Part shown: positions 13,521 through 27,514 of the stretch, one piece after another
Position numbering within the stretch: position 1 is the first letter of the stretch
Layout: the number at the start of each line of letters is the position of its first letter
Source: Octopus vulgaris
Taxonomy: Eukaryota
Direction of reading: 5' to 3'
NCBI GenBank assembly: GCA_951406725.2
Contig: OX597815.1
Coordinates: 91,388,001 to 91,452,000, forward strand
DNA: 64,000 nt
Translations under genes and position numbers: made by a program
The notes under the pieces: model-generated
Database searches by the model: none
What the model saw: only the letters and a program-made list of their open reading frames with translations
Told to the model about the DNA's origin: nothing

Positions 13521-16249
13521 TTCAAATGATGGAAGCTTACTTTGCTACCACAAATCTTCAAGTTCAATTCCACTGCATGACACTTTGGGCAAGTAACTTT
13601 AACTATAGTCCTAGGTGAATCAATTCATTGTGAGGGAATTTGATCGGCCGAAACTGTGTGGAAGCCTGTTGTATATATACAAATACAACAGGCTTTCACT
13701 TGTGTGTCAGCAGGTATGTCTTTGTGTTTGTATTTTCTCTCAAATGTGTGGCAAGTAGCATTGGCTTGTTTACTCCCCGTTTTCAAACTTTAAAAATAAG
13801 TATTGCAGTTGATTTATTCAACTAAACTTTTTATGGTGGAGCCCCAGTATGGCCATAATCCATTAAATAAAAGAAGTGCTTGATCATAATGTTGATCATC
13901 AAGAATGATATAGAGCTGTGCTGGCATGTAAAAGCACCCATTATACTCTTGGAGTGGTTGGCATTAGGAAGGGCATCCAGCTGTAGAAAACCATACCAAA
14001 TCAGACAGGAGTTTGGTGCAGCATTCCAGCTTGCCAGCCCCAGTCAAACCATCGAGCCCATGTCAGCATGATGATGATGATGATCACATGTACACTTCAA
14101 ACAATTAATCCATTCACAAACCTCAAAATTCCATTGTAGTGGGCAACTGACAGAAATTGATTCCGGTTTCTATCATATGAAATAGATCAGAGAAAAGTTT
14201 CTTCTAAGATAGGATGCTAGTCTATTGTAGGTTATTTTCTCTCTTTATGACTGAGATATAAAGAATAAGTGTCATACTCAAATATGCATTGTGAAATTTG
14301 TAATGGATTTGAACTCACAAATGAAGAGCTTATCTTCCAATTCCATATCTGTGTTGCTAGCTTTCTACTTAGCATATTTATGTAAAAGCTAACAAGATGG
14401 AAACTCAACAATAAAAATCAATGAAACATTAATTGGTAATGCTGTATTTTTATTATTTCAACAGCTGGACTGTATCGCCTCATAGCACCTGTTTACTCTT
14501 AAATTTCAGTGTTAGTATGAATTCAATTTCAAACCTAAAAACATATAACAGAATCACTGATGAACATGAAACTGCAACCTTTTGACTGGCAGGCCAACAC
14601 TCTACTGATCCAGCTAACTGTGAATGAAAGTGAAGCAAACTCTAGTCATAAAAATCCAGAGGTTTCAAATATATCATTCCATTGTCATTTTCATCTAAAC
14701 TTTTGAAACTATTATTCTTTCATTGTGAGATATGTTTAAAGCCATCTTGATTCTTATTTCCTTTTCAGTTTAGTTATATAACTCAATCAACTTTTATACA
14801 ATGGAGTGGGAAAACAGCAAAAAAAACAAAAAACAATTTAGCTTAAAATACCTCTTTTCTCTAGTTAATCTGATTGAGTCCAGATATTTAGTTAGAGAAG
14901 AGAATACTTGGTACTGACCTTCTAAATTATCAGTTATTCCACCCCTACACCTATCTCGCTCTCTTTCTTTCTTTCTCTCTCTTGTTTCAAATTCACATAC
15001 CCTCAACTAGCTTATTCCCCACAGAGAGATTAAAACAGATTTGACATAATATACTCCACCATCTATATACAGCTTTCTATTATTGCCAAAAGAAGAATCT
15101 TCTTAGCAGTTGGAAAAGATAAATCAAAAAGTTAATACAATAACCTACCCTTAACATTCATGAAGTTGCACACTACTTTCCTATTCAATGCTATTCTATT
15201 AAGATAAGAGAATGCATACATAAAGGGAACTCATACTATAGAAAACTTGTCCCCAATTTCTTGGTGTCATTGCTACCAACCAGAGAAAGCACTAAAGGCT
15301 ACATAGCAGGTTATTTCTAGCTGTAGTCAAAAACAAAAAGCAAATAGAATTTCAGTAATGATGAGAACTCCTTCAAAGTGGATGTCTCTAGAAATCTTTT
15401 ATCTTCAATAAGATGTATTCATTACACCAGTGAAATCTGAAATACAGAAAACCTTGTCCACCTGCAGCTAAAACTTCCTTTTAGGAATTGCTATCAAAGG
15501 TAAACATGCTTAATTTCAAGAAATCATTATCTTTCTCTATCAATACAACTAATTTTCTTCCAGTGATATCTTCTAAATTATTCACAATCTATGTTATACA
15601 AATTTCTTTGTTACAAATTTCTTTGTTACAAATTTCTTCAATAATTGTTAGTTAAATTCTTTCATTTTTTCCTTTAAAAAATTCTTTTGAAGAATACTAT
15701 ACTTTCAAAGCATTGATTTGAAAGTAAATTCATTTCAGTGTCTTTGAACAGAAAGACTTTCAAGCAACAGTGAAGTGGCAAGATTGTAACAGAAAGCTAA
15801 AACCTAACAACTAAGCAACACACCCATACACACATCCACACACACACACACACACCCATGCACACACACATATCCATACATACACGCATGCATGTGCACA
15901 CACATGTGCACATGCACACACATACACACATACAGGTACATACACACAAACACACACACACACACACACAGAAAGAAAGGAATTTTCTTTATTTTGTAAT
16001 CACTAAATCTGAACAAAAATAAGACAGATAAAATAAAATAATGTTAAAAAATGCAAGACCAAATATTTACAGAGAATATTTGCTCTGTCTGAAAACGTCT
16101 TTAATTATTTTACTTGAATCTTTTAATTAGTCTGGAGCAAAAGAGAGTAAAATGTGAAAGTTAATAAATTTGCATCACACACATAAATGTATTATATTTA
16201 TTACCAAATCACCCCTTAGAACTAATATGTTCATGTTCAAGTGTATATA

Positions 16250-17700
16250 TGTGTGAGCTGGTAGAAATATGGAATGTAAACAAATGCAAAACTTTGCTGA
16301 GAGACAAAAATCAAAAGCAGATGAAGGAAAGCTGGAAGATGAGATAAAATATGCTATAGAAGGTTCTATCAGATGAGAGTAAACATGGCCTGTTATCAAT
16401 TTCTTTAACACATCATAGCATGGAAAATAAAAGTGATGGAAATGACTCAATGCTTGTTGAGATACTTGGAAATATCAAGATATGTAGGTATTATGTTAGT
16501 GGCTTGCTGAGTTTATCAAATAATGCAGAAGTGTTATTTTCAATATTGGCATTGAAAGATCATCCCAAACTGCTATGAAATGGCAAACAAGATATGTAGG
16601 GAAGGAATATTATAGTAGCTTTAAGTTATTGGATCGAGTCCTAAAAGTAATTGGGAGTATCTCAATAAAAAGGGCTAACTTTGATAAGCTGCAGTTTTAG
16701 TTTATGCCAAGACATGGGACTACTGATAGGAAGTTTCTAGTACAACAGCAGTAAGAGAAGTTCTTAATTAATGTATTAACACATTATTTTGTATTTGCTG
16801 ACTTGACAGGGCTTTCAATAGGGTCTCATGTTCTTTAGTTTTGTGTTGTTGAGAAAACTACATAAAAGGAAATAGCTCAAATCATTTACTAGGGAAACCA
16901 TAGTATGTTCACCAATATTCTCTCCTAAACCTCTTATTATGTGTTACAAAACTTGAAGCTATACTATGGGAGTCTTGTACTTATTGTATTTGGAATATTC
17001 TATTAGCTTATGACTATAAATTTCGGTCTTTAGTCAGTTGACAGGTCACTAAAAGTTTCAATCCTGAAAGAATAGTCAAGAGCCCAAAAGCTGAAAGACA
17101 AACTTATTTAAGACCAAATTCTAATTAGTAACAGAAGTCTGATATTACACTATGATCAAGGCAATAACCTAGCATAGTATGAAGGGAAGTAGTTGTAGGT
17201 AAGAATTTAAAACTCTATAAATAGAGTAATTTATGGATAGGCAATAGATGTAGTAGGATCACTGACCTCTTGGCATATAGCTAGGTCATTGGATGTGATA
17301 AATACACAGGATAGCACCCTTAAAATGAAATCCAAGAGCAGGAAGCTGGAAGCAGCTCATAACTCTTTTACCTATATAACCTAATTAGTGCTGAATGTGA
17401 TTGTAATGATAGTGTAGAAGCTAAGGTAAGTATAGGGTGGGAAAAGTTCAAAGATTTATTACTTTTTGTTGGCAACAAAAGGTTTCTCATGTGAAAGGTA
17501 ATCTATGTGAAATATAAGAAGTGTAATGCTACATGATAGTAAGGCAGAGTATTGAAAGTGGAGAAAACTATAGCTGCTAAAAAGAAATCAATTTGCTGTG
17601 TAAGCTTATAGGAAAGACAAAACACAAGTGACCTGAAAGAATGGCTGAACATTAAAGGTATCAGCCAATACATGTAAGAGCGTCAAAGTATGGGTATAAA
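16250..17700 (+). mobile_element. Old, heavily decayed RTE LINE (RT and C-terminal region)
   Basis: Remnants of ADLTGLSIG/DLxKAFDRV-like sequence (gctgacttgacagggctttcaatagggtc) and gtaagtatagggtgggaaaagttcaaaga (RIGWxKF), colinear with the younger RTE copies. Confidence 0.6.
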
Positions 17701-18144
17701 AATATGGTGCCAATGGTTAATATAATATGGTTATTATAATTATCCCTGTTAATACATTTACCAATGTACATGAGACACTGAATGAAGGAAATTTGAAGAT
17801 GCTGAAGAAAAATTAGCTGAGCACAGAATACTGCATATTTTTTTTATGCTTGTATGTCTCATGCTATAATGAGAAATAATGAGTGCAAACAAATTGGCAT
17901 GCAATATTTAGTTAAGTAATATGAATTAATTATACATTTAGGTGAAAAAAATTGCAGTAAATCAGTGGTAACAATTACCAGTGATACTGGTAGATTGATG
18001 ATGAGGTAATTGATAGACTGATAAACTAATAGATTGATGATGAGGCTTGGTGTTTAGGTAATTAGTGTAAAATTAAGCATGAGTGGCTTTACATAATGAG
18101 ATTAAGTGTGATGAGAACATACTTAAGATAAGTAGTGTATGGTT

Positions 18145-18650
18145 TCAAGGTGATATGGTTGCTATTTCAATCAAATCTAACAGCCATGTAGATGTCACTT
18201 CGTTGCATTGTACTAAAGACAGTACAGTATTGCTTGAGAGGGATTTGGTAGCTATTTCATGAGTTCAAGATTCATAGTAAATGCACCCTCGCTGACTCAC
18301 AAACATATATTTTACACTTTACACGCTCTTACACACACATGCATGCATGTATTCCTAAGAAAGTAGGATTCAATATGAGATAGATTTGGTCACTATTTCT
18401 AGCATGTCTAGTGAATATGTAAAGTCTCATCATTAGCTCTTTGATGCATATATATATATATATATATATACATCCTTAAGAAAGTAAGGGAGAGTCGGCT
18501 GATATTTCTATTATATCTAGTTACTATGTAGAACTATTTCTCTTTGGTTCATACATAACATAGACAGTTGAGTGTGTTGTTAGAGGGTAATTTTGCTACT
18601 GTTTGTAAGAGACCATGCCACCCCATTGAAGTCCTTCTACTTGACTCATA
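18145..18650 (+). repeat. Degenerate tandem array (about 5 units, ~90-140 bp spacing) of a dispersed-repeat motif
   Basis: Recurrent gagggatttggtNgctatttctagc...atgtaga...tcgttgNctc at about 18150, 18238, 18378, 18490 and 18582. Single copies occur at about 5025 (+) and about 43360 (-). Confidence 0.6.
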
Positions 18651-18754
18651 TATACATGCATACAATAATAGTAAAAGAACTTTTGTTGGGTGTTAAGTAA
18701 AGTCACTGCACTCAAATTTAATAAAAGATATACACACATGTGCATGTGTGTAGA

Positions 18755-18995
18755 GGCAAGTGGTTTAGTGGTTAGGATGTTGGACTTAGGATCGTAATAT
18801 TGTGCTTTTGATTCCTAGACCAGGTGATGCATAGTGTTCTTGAGCAAAACACTTCATTTCCTGTTGCTTCAGTCCACTCAGCTGACAAAAATGAGTAATC
18901 CTGCAACAGACCAGCATCCCATCCAAATGGGTAATTTATACACCATGAAACTAGGAAATCAACCGTTATGAGTCAGTATGACTCAAGAAGGTAAC
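18755..18995 (+). mobile_element. tRNA-derived SINE family B
   Basis: gtggtttagtggttagg A-box and ttcttgagcaaaacacttcatttc...ccactcagctg, homologous to 45062-45396. Confidence 0.7.
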
Positions 18996-19179
18996 TTTTT
19001 TTAACATGCATGTAGGTGTATGCATGTGTGCATGTGTATTATTACTGCTGTAAATCAAAATATCCATACAGATAATTATGTTAACACACATATTTGTTAT
19101 TATCTTTATCAGAGGACTTAGATATGCGGTGTATTGCTGTACTCAAAAACACCCACCCACCACAACAGAATTAATCTTA

Positions 19180-19470
19180 AAACCAAGGTGCCATATAAAA
19201 AGCATTGATGCGGGTACTAGTCCCATGTAAAAAGCTCTCATGTTGGTGCCACATTAAAAGCACTAGTGATGTGCCACATGAAAGGCACCCAGTAAACTCT
19301 TTAAAGTGATTGGCATTAGGAAGGGCACCCAGCTGTAGAAACAGAGCCAAAACAGACTATGGAACCTGGTGTGGTCCCTGACCTTGTCATTTCCTGTCAA
19401 ACCATCCAACCCATACCAGCATGGAAAATGGATTTTAAATGTTGATGAAGATGACGATGATGATGATGAT
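19180..19470 (+). mobile_element. RTE-type tail with 26-nt unit array and (GAT)n end
   Basis: About 4 ggtgccacRtaaaaagcac units, followed by gattggcattaggaagggcacccagctgtagaa. Confidence 0.8.
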
Positions 19471-19744
19471 AATTTATAGTTAAATATACTTGTACAGATA
19501 AATGTAAGTTGGTTAATCAAGAGATGACATGTAACTAGTTTGATGAATAGTTTGAAAGGGAAAGGTTAGTGTTGAAGTAGTTAAATGTATGAAGTGGGTA
19601 ATTGTAGGATAAGGTATAGGTTAGTTGGTATGAAAATGGATATCGAGTTTACTTGATAATAAGCATTGGGGGTGTATGTGAGTTAAGTCGAGAGGTGGCT
19701 TCATGGTGAGAACTATTTTGGAGTAGAGCAAATGTAGATTGGTT

Positions 19745-20057
19745 TTATTCTTTAACTTGCTTCTCTCATTGGACTACAGTCATACTGGAGCACTGCCTCA
19801 AAGTATTTAGTGAAAAAATTGCTTCCCATTACTTATTTTGCTGTACTGCTAAGTCAGAGAGGACATAAATAAGCAAACATCAGTTGTCAAGTGATGGTGT
19901 GGGGACAAACATACACACACAGACACATACACAAACACACACACAGGCACATACACACACACACATGCATACACACACATGCATGCAAGCACACATGCAT
20001 GCACACAGACACACACACACACACATACATACATACATACATACATACATACATACA

Positions 20058-20088
<31 letters not shown>

Positions 20089-20240
20089 GACATATTTCCA
20101 GTTTTCTACTAAATTCACTCAGAAGGCATTGATCAGCCCAGGGCAATAGCAGAAGATACTTACCTAAGGGGCTGCACAGTGGAACTGAACTTGAAACCAT
20201 GTGGTTGCAAAAGCAAACTTGTTAACCGCACAGACATGTC
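19745..20240 (-). mobile_element. SINE family A with internal (CA)n/(TACA)n
   Basis: Reverse complement of the 7224-7678 head and tail. Confidence 0.75.
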
Positions 20241-20974
20241 TGTGTCTGGATGTGTATAATATGATGAATGAAGTTTCAGATGTGTACTCTAAACAGTTAA
20301 AATATTGAAAAACTTTGATATATAAAATGCAAACATAAACTATAATGTGGAAATATAAAGTGGAAATTTAAAGTGGAATTGTAAAAATAGAGACATGAAA
20401 AAGGAATAAAAAAGGAACATATTAAAATATATATGTATGATATATATGACAAATAAAATTACAAAAATGTTATGAATAAAAATTTAATGAAAGAAATAAC
20501 GAAAATTTCATTCGAGAAATACAACTTGGAATAATATATATCAAATAAGCTGAGAAATATATCAATCAGATATAGAATAATAATTTCAAATCACAAAATA
20601 TAAAATATATATAAAATATAATGATAAACAGTAAATTATAAGATTTAAAATAATGAGACCAGAAATAGAGAGTAAATCATTTAAAGTATAAAACAAAGAT
20701 AAAAACAGCAATGAAAAATGTTAAAAAGTAAGCAAATTAAAAAGAAATCAAAATGAAAATATAAAAACGTAAACATTATAAAAACATAATAAAATAAAAG
20801 TAGAAATATAAAAAGAAAGTTAAGAGTAAAAGAAAAAAGAAATTATCAATAAAAAAATTAAAGGTGTGAAATGTTGAAGGGTAGTGTGAAATATATCAAG
20901 TATATGAAATAAGGAATAAACCTAACAGTAAATAAACTGAAATGATGATTTCATTTATGGTAAGTCACAGAGAT

Positions 20975-21013
<39 letters not shown>

Positions 21014-21067
21014 TAGCAAGTGATGAATGATGATATGATACATGACAGGCTGTGAATGGAGAATTAT

Positions 21068-21365
21068 ACTCTTTTACTTGTTTCAGTCATTTGACTGCGG
21101 CCATGCTGGAGCACCGCCTTTAGTCGATCAAATCGACCCCAGGACTTATTCTTTGTAAGCCTAGCATTTATTCTATCGGTTCTTTTGCCAAACCACTAAG
21201 TTACGGGGATGTAAACACACCAGCATCATTTGTCAAGTGATGCTGGGGGAACAGACACACAAACACACACACACACACATATATATATATACAACAGGCT
21301 TCTTTCAGTTTCCATCTACCAAATCCACTCACAAGGCTTTGGTTGGCCCGAGGCTATAGTAGATG
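21068..21365 (-). mobile_element. SINE family A, 5'-truncated
   Basis: ttttacttgtttcagtcatttgactgcggccatgctggagcacc...aaatccactcacaaggctttggttggcccgaggctatagtaga. Confidence 0.85.
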
Positions 21366-21764
21366 ACCAATGATGGTGCCTAAGAGCTAGAATTAATAGT
21401 TAAGATAAGAGCCAAAAATTATGAATAATAATAATAATCCTTTCTACTATGGGAGTGGGGGAAGGTGCAGGGCTAGTTGATTCCATCAACTTGTGATGTA
21501 AAGAGCCAGAAAAAATACCTCTAAGCATTTTGCCTTGAGTCACCAACATTTCTACCAACTTGCTACCTTAATAGTTATAATAATCCTAAGGTGGTGAGCT
21601 GGCAGAATTGTTACCATGCTGGACAAAATGTTTAGCAGCATTTCTTCTGACTTTACATTCTGAGTTCAAATTCTGCCAGGGTTGACTTGGCCTTTCATTC
21701 TTTTGGGTTCTTCCAGCTCATAATAATAATAATAATAATAACAGCAACAACAATAACTATAATA

Positions 21765-22075
21765 TATAATCCCTTAAAATTTGAAATTGCAAGAATTTGG
21801 AATATGAAAGCTGCAAAGGTTGTATCTGTAATAATTGGTGCATTGGGAACTGTAAGCAAAGATATAGACAAATGGTTGAAGGAGATTGGATTAGAATATC
21901 CTGTAGTGCTTCTATGGAACATTTGCCTCTGAGGGACAGGAAATATCATCAGGGATTCCTAAGCACCTGAGAAACTATTGAAAGCTTATGGATACCTAAG
22001 ATTATAGGTAGTAACTCACTACCGACATGAATACTACCAAGAATAAGAACAAACCTGAGTCAAATCAATAATAAT
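21765..22075 (+). mobile_element. R4/Dong-type LINE 3' end in (TAA)n
   Basis: YNPLKFEIARIWNMKAAKVVSVIIGALGTVSKDIDKWL is the restriction-like endonuclease C-terminus, and it is flanked by aat repeats. Confidence 0.8.
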
Positions 22076-22269
22076 AAGAAGAATCTTTTCTACTATAGAC
22101 ACAAGACCTGAAATTTTAGTGGGGAGGGTAACTAGATTACATTGACCCCAGCACTCAATGGTACTAATTTTATTGACCTCTGAAAGTATAATAATATAGA
22201 CCACATGTGCTATATAGTTTATGTTGTGTGCCCCTTTAACCTATGAATAGTCAAGAAGGAAGGCAAAAA

Positions 22270-22570
22270 AAATAGATAAATACAACCCTCTTAAGTATAG
22301 TGAGCTTGACTATGGGAACTGAAGACAGTGAAGATTGTGCCAATTATTGTTGGGTCCTTGGGGACAGTATCAAGAGGAATATAAAGGAAATCGGAATAGA
22401 GTGCCCAGTAGAACTGTTACAAAAGTTTTGCCTCCTTGGCACAGCCAGAATAATCAGGGAAGTATTAGATAGTTGAAAAGAACAGATACCAAAGTTCCGT
22501 AGGCTGCAGGCAGCAAGCCTGCTAAGCATGCAAGACTCCAGGAGTTCCAACAAAACCAGTGATAAAAAGA
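22270..22570 (+). mobile_element. R4/Dong-type LINE 3' end followed by (TAA)n
   Basis: DKYNPLKY...VKIVPIIVGSLGTVS...ELLQKFCLLGTARIIREVL*, then a long (AAT)n. Confidence 0.8.
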
Positions 22571-22626
<56 letters not shown>

Positions 22627-23367
22627 TAATACCTCCCTTTTCTTTTGGTTCCTTTTTCCCTGAATATTCGAAAATGTAATCATTCTTTTTTATTGTAAAA
22701 AAATCACCAGTTTTCTTTGAATGGACATACAAATGAACACCTCAAAAAATTTAGAAACTTTAATATCTCCAATTTTATGTGAACACTTTGTCTTCTCTTC
22801 TTCCCTGATTAACGGAATATGTAAACATGCCTTTTATTGTAACAACACAATTAAATGCATAATAAAAAATTAAGAAAGTAAGCACCTGCCAATATATACA
22901 TATTGCACAACTACAAAACTTGTAAACCTAAGAAAAACTTTAAAAGAAAAGAAAAATTCCAAAAGAAAAAGAAATTCAGAAATTCAAAAATCCACTAGTG
23001 TGAACATCTCTTCTTATTATTATTTCCAAAGACTGGAATACCTACAGTTTCCTGTGAATATGTTAACTCTCCCTTAAAATAAAATAAGTTAGGAAACTTA
23101 CATACCTACAGCTTTCAAATACACAAACGATCCTCCTTTTTATTCTAAGAACACTACCATTTCTCTCTGTGTGGTCATACAAAAGACCATATTTATTAAA
23201 TTTTAAAACTTCACTGTCTACAACTTGTTTTCTTTTCTTTTTGACTTGCCCTGGGTGTTTGAAACTGTAAACATCCTTTTAATTGTAACAACACAATTGA
23301 ATTCAGAAATTCAAAAATTCAATGATGTGAATATCTGTGTGTGTGTGTATACGTGTGTGTGTGTATG

Positions 23368-23410
<43 letters not shown>

Positions 23411-23949
23411 ATTATTATTGTTGTTTTTTTCTATCAGTAATTACAAATAAAACAGGTTGAATTGCTTCTTTTCAAGGCAGAGCTCTCAGCAGCCACTGGT
23501 AGTAGTAAACACTTTTGACCTCTGCTGACCTAAAGGGTGTGAAGATTCTTTTGTCTCTATGGCTGACCTTTCCACCATTTGCCAAATCTGTTTATAGACC
23601 TGTAGGATATGATCTATTCACCAAACTGCTGCCCAACTATTTCCTCCAATAATTGTAGTGGTGGCAATGGTGATAATGAAAAGAAAATTGTTTTTTAAAT
23701 GATAATAATATGCTGCAGCTGCTGATACTAAATACTACTAATACTACAATAATACTACAACTACTACTATTATGATAGCACAGGAATCTGAGGCCCAACT
23801 ACCATCCTTACCACTACCCCCACCCGTGCTACTGTTGCTGTTCCTGCAACCACTGCTGCTACTACACATAAAAACAATAATATCAGTGATATCAGTGATG
23901 ATGATAATAATAATAATGAAAGGAATGGGTGGAGCTTCTACATGGGCTG

Positions 23950-26085
23950 ATTAATGATACATCTAGTGATGGTGTCACAATAAAATCACTGGTAATTGCG
24001 CAACCTGATAATCTCTACCTCATATGAGTGACAATGAAAAAACAAAATATTATGAATAATGGTGGTAATGAAACTGAAGCCAATGATGGTGATAGTGTTA
24101 CACCTGGTAGGCTCAGAGATTCTGGTCCAGCTCCAGCCTGTTCATATCCAGAAAGGGACCACCACACATGGCATAGATGGAGCAAGCAAATTAATTTTAT
24201 GGTCATGGAGTGTTACTATCTGAGCAGCCCAGTAGATGAAAATGTGCTCAAATTAGGGGTTACTGACAACGTATGTATGATCATTGGAGAGAAAAGGGAT
24301 TGTTTCAACTCACAAAACAGAAACTATGTGATCAAGCTAGTGCAATAAGAAAAAAATTGTTGGTTCACAGAAGTAGAGCTTGAAGCTATCAAAAGACGAG
24401 TCATGGAAAATAGCAGCAGGGATAACAATGAAAATACAGTTCTCACTAATAAGAGTAATCTCATAGCACAGGAAAGGAGCAGTGGTAGCTTACTTGATGA
24501 GAGACATGTAGATGATCTAAAAGAAAACAATAAAACTAATGGTGATATGACAGATGAACAAAAGGCAATGTATGACAGAATAAAGGTAAGACTACAGGAG
24601 AATGATAGTGACATTATTTGCAACCTTAAAAAGGCTGAGTGATCGAAATTGAACCAAGAAACAAAAAATGTCAATGAAATTCTGAAATACATCAGAACAA
24701 ACAACATCACAGAATCAAATAATTTGATCAAGGCAGCAAGTATTGTTGTAGCGGAAAATGTGGGTGTTAATATCAAGAAAAAGAAACTTAATTGGAATGA
24801 GAAAAGAAAAGAAGAATCCAGGCAGGGTTAGACATGCTCTCAAAGAAAATTTCTGTGTTAGACCGAAAAGAGAAAGGGGACTTAAAAGCAAACAAAAATA
24901 CAAACAGGAAGTATAATATTGAAAGAAAGGGCCTGAAAGTAGTAGTCCAAAATAGTCCAAATTTAGTGAAGGCTGTAAATACTTGGGCAGTATCATTACT
25001 AAGATACTCAGTAGTTTTTGTAGATTGGACAAAAACTGAATTAGCAAAGCTAGGCAGAAGAACCAGGAAGGAATTCAATATGAATAGAGGACTCCACCCA
25101 AGAGCAGGAGTAGCAAGATCTTACTTGCCTAGAAAAGAAGGTGAAAAGGGTTAATATCAGTAGAAGAGTTAATATCAGTAGAAGACTACATGGAGTTAGC
25201 TAGAATAGATACAGACTCTTATGTAGGTAATAGTGAAGAAAGTTTATTAAAAGCTGCTAGAGTCAGAGCAAGACATAGGGAAACCAAAACAAAAACGAAA
25301 TTAAAAACCAGAGGAAAGAACAAAAGCTATCTGACTGGCAGGAGAAGGATTTGCATGATAGATTCACAAAGATAGTTGCAGCAAATAGCAGTAGTGAGAC
25401 ATGGTTATGGCTGCAGAAAGGAAGACTGAAAGGGAAGACAGTTTGTTAGTGGCAGCACAAGATCAAGTTTTAAGGACTAATTAGATAAAAACCAAGTAGA
25501 TTCCCAAAGTACGTTATGCAAATCAAGAGAGGAAAGTGTTACTCATATAGTAAGTGAATGTAACCTGTTGGCACAGAAAGAATGCAAGAAAATACATGAC
25601 AACATAGGGAGAGTAATACACTGGGAGTTATGTAGAAAGCTAGGATTTGAACAGATTGATAAATAGTATGGACATGAACCTAGTAAAGTACTAGAAAGTA
25701 ATTAATATAAGGATGTTGTGGGACTCTAACATTCAGATTGACAGAGTAATAGAAGCTTGACAGCCTGATTTAGTAGATATAGGGAATCAAAAGTCCCACA
25801 TAATTGACTTTACAGTCCCAAATGATTAAAAAATCAATATGAGAGGTGTAGAAAAATAGCAAAATACCAGCATCTAGCCATTGAATTACAGAGACTATAG
25901 AAAGTGCAGGTAAAATGTATCCCAGTAGTTATAGGTGCATTGGGACTATCCCTAGAGACTTGAACATATGGATAGAGGAAACAGGCCTAAAACCCAGTTT
26001 AGTATAGCTCCAGAAAACAGTGTTATTAGGGACAGCTAGGATACTTAGGAGGGTTCTTGGCATCTAAAGTTATTTGTAACACGAT
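23950..26085 (+). mobile_element. R4/Dong-clade non-LTR retrotransposon, decayed and internally deleted (RT domain missing)
   Basis: N-terminal RWSKQINFMVMECYYLS...WFTEVELEAIK, then NLVKAVNTWAVSLLRYS...HPRAGVARSYLPRKEG, a CCHC remnant (CKSREESVTHIVSEC) and the RLE C-terminus (PDLV...IIDFTVP...PVVIGALG...LQKTVLLGTARILRRVL). Confidence 0.9.
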
Positions 26086-26179
26086 GTTAGGAATTTTTCT
26101 TTTCCAACAGTCTAACTTGTTGTGTATATGAATAATAATGATAATAATGCCAAAAGTATGGATACGAGGTAACGGATGC

Positions 26180-26650
26180 TTGATACCAACAAACCGAATG
26201 CTAGATATAGTAACTTTTAGGAGGGACAAACAAGAGTGCCTAATAATTGACAGGGCAGTGCCAGGAGATCGACATATAATCATGAAAGAAAGAGAAAAGA
26301 TTGATAAATATAGAACCCTGAGAATTGAGATCACCAGGAAGTGGCAACTACGAGAGTCAAATATAAAGGTTGCCCCTGTTGTCATTGGAGCATTGGGTTT
26401 AATACCACACAATCTGAAGAAACATTTGAAAACTTTAGAAATACCCTACAATCTAAGTGTATTGCAAAAATCAGCATTACTTGGAACTGCGTGTATATTG
26501 CGTAAAGTACTGTCTTTCTGAGGTCCTTGTTGTGACTTGACAGACAGTACAAAACCCCCAGTAGACACAATATATTCAATCAACAATCTCACAATATTGA
26601 ATACTGTGCAACATTTAAATAACAATAACAACAATAACAACTAAAACAAC
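26180..26650 (+). mobile_element. R4/Dong-type LINE 3' end (different subfamily) followed by (TAA)n
   Basis: ORF 26138-26521: LIIDRAVPGD...EKIDKYRTLRIEI...APVVIGALGLIP...LQKSALLGTACILRKVL. Confidence 0.85.
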
Positions 26651-26706
<56 letters not shown>

Positions 26707-27514
26707 TGATGATGATGATTATGATGATGATAGTAATAAACTAAGAACAACCTAAAACTGAAAAATTAGCAAACATGAAAATATGGATGAGTGGAAATGT
26801 AAACATAAACCATATATAATGCAATGGAGCAAATATCCCAAAGCTAATAAGAGTTTTTATTAATCAGGAACTAACATTATACAATTAGTAACATATAAAT
26901 AAGCATGTCCATAGTCATATATGTGTATGTATTTATGTATTTTCATATATATATCTATGTATATGTGTATACATGCACACACACATACTCACACATACAC
27001 ATACACATAGGGGAAATAAATATCAGAGATGCTTTGTTTGAAGCAGAAACTGCAAGCATTATTTAAAGATATTGCAATGTCTTCTCCTGATGGTGATTAA
27101 AGCTATTGCAATGTTAGAATCCCCACTGTATTTTCAACCAGTATTTTATAGTTAGCCTGTGTGCTTTGCCTGAGCAAAGCAGTGAAGACTGAATTAGCCT
27201 TGTCATCAGAAGGGTTCCATCTGTGTTTTCTTGTCAACTACAACTACATTGAGCCAGAGTCAGCTGCCATGGGTCTCTCCCAAATGGCTTTCTTCAGTTA
27301 TTTCTGCAAGAAATAGCACACTTATCTTGCTGAGAAACTGCAGCTGCAGTTCTCAATTTCAATGAGGAATTAGTCTGCATGACATCATTTGACAAGAACC
27401 TCATTAATAAAAATCCTGATATTTGGCTTCCTTCATTTGGTGAGAAATGTCAGTCTGTTGTCTCAGAGCACTGTGAGTTTAGTTGTGATTATCATTTTGG
27501 ATGTGTGTGTGTGT

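Noticed and set aside
15350-15500. Exon-like segment with splice-like sites on both strands
   Set aside because: The frames I translated contain stops and I recognise no homology.
20290-20960. A-rich 700-bp tract as a functional element
   Set aside because: Low-complexity sequence with no periodicity or ORF that I can support.
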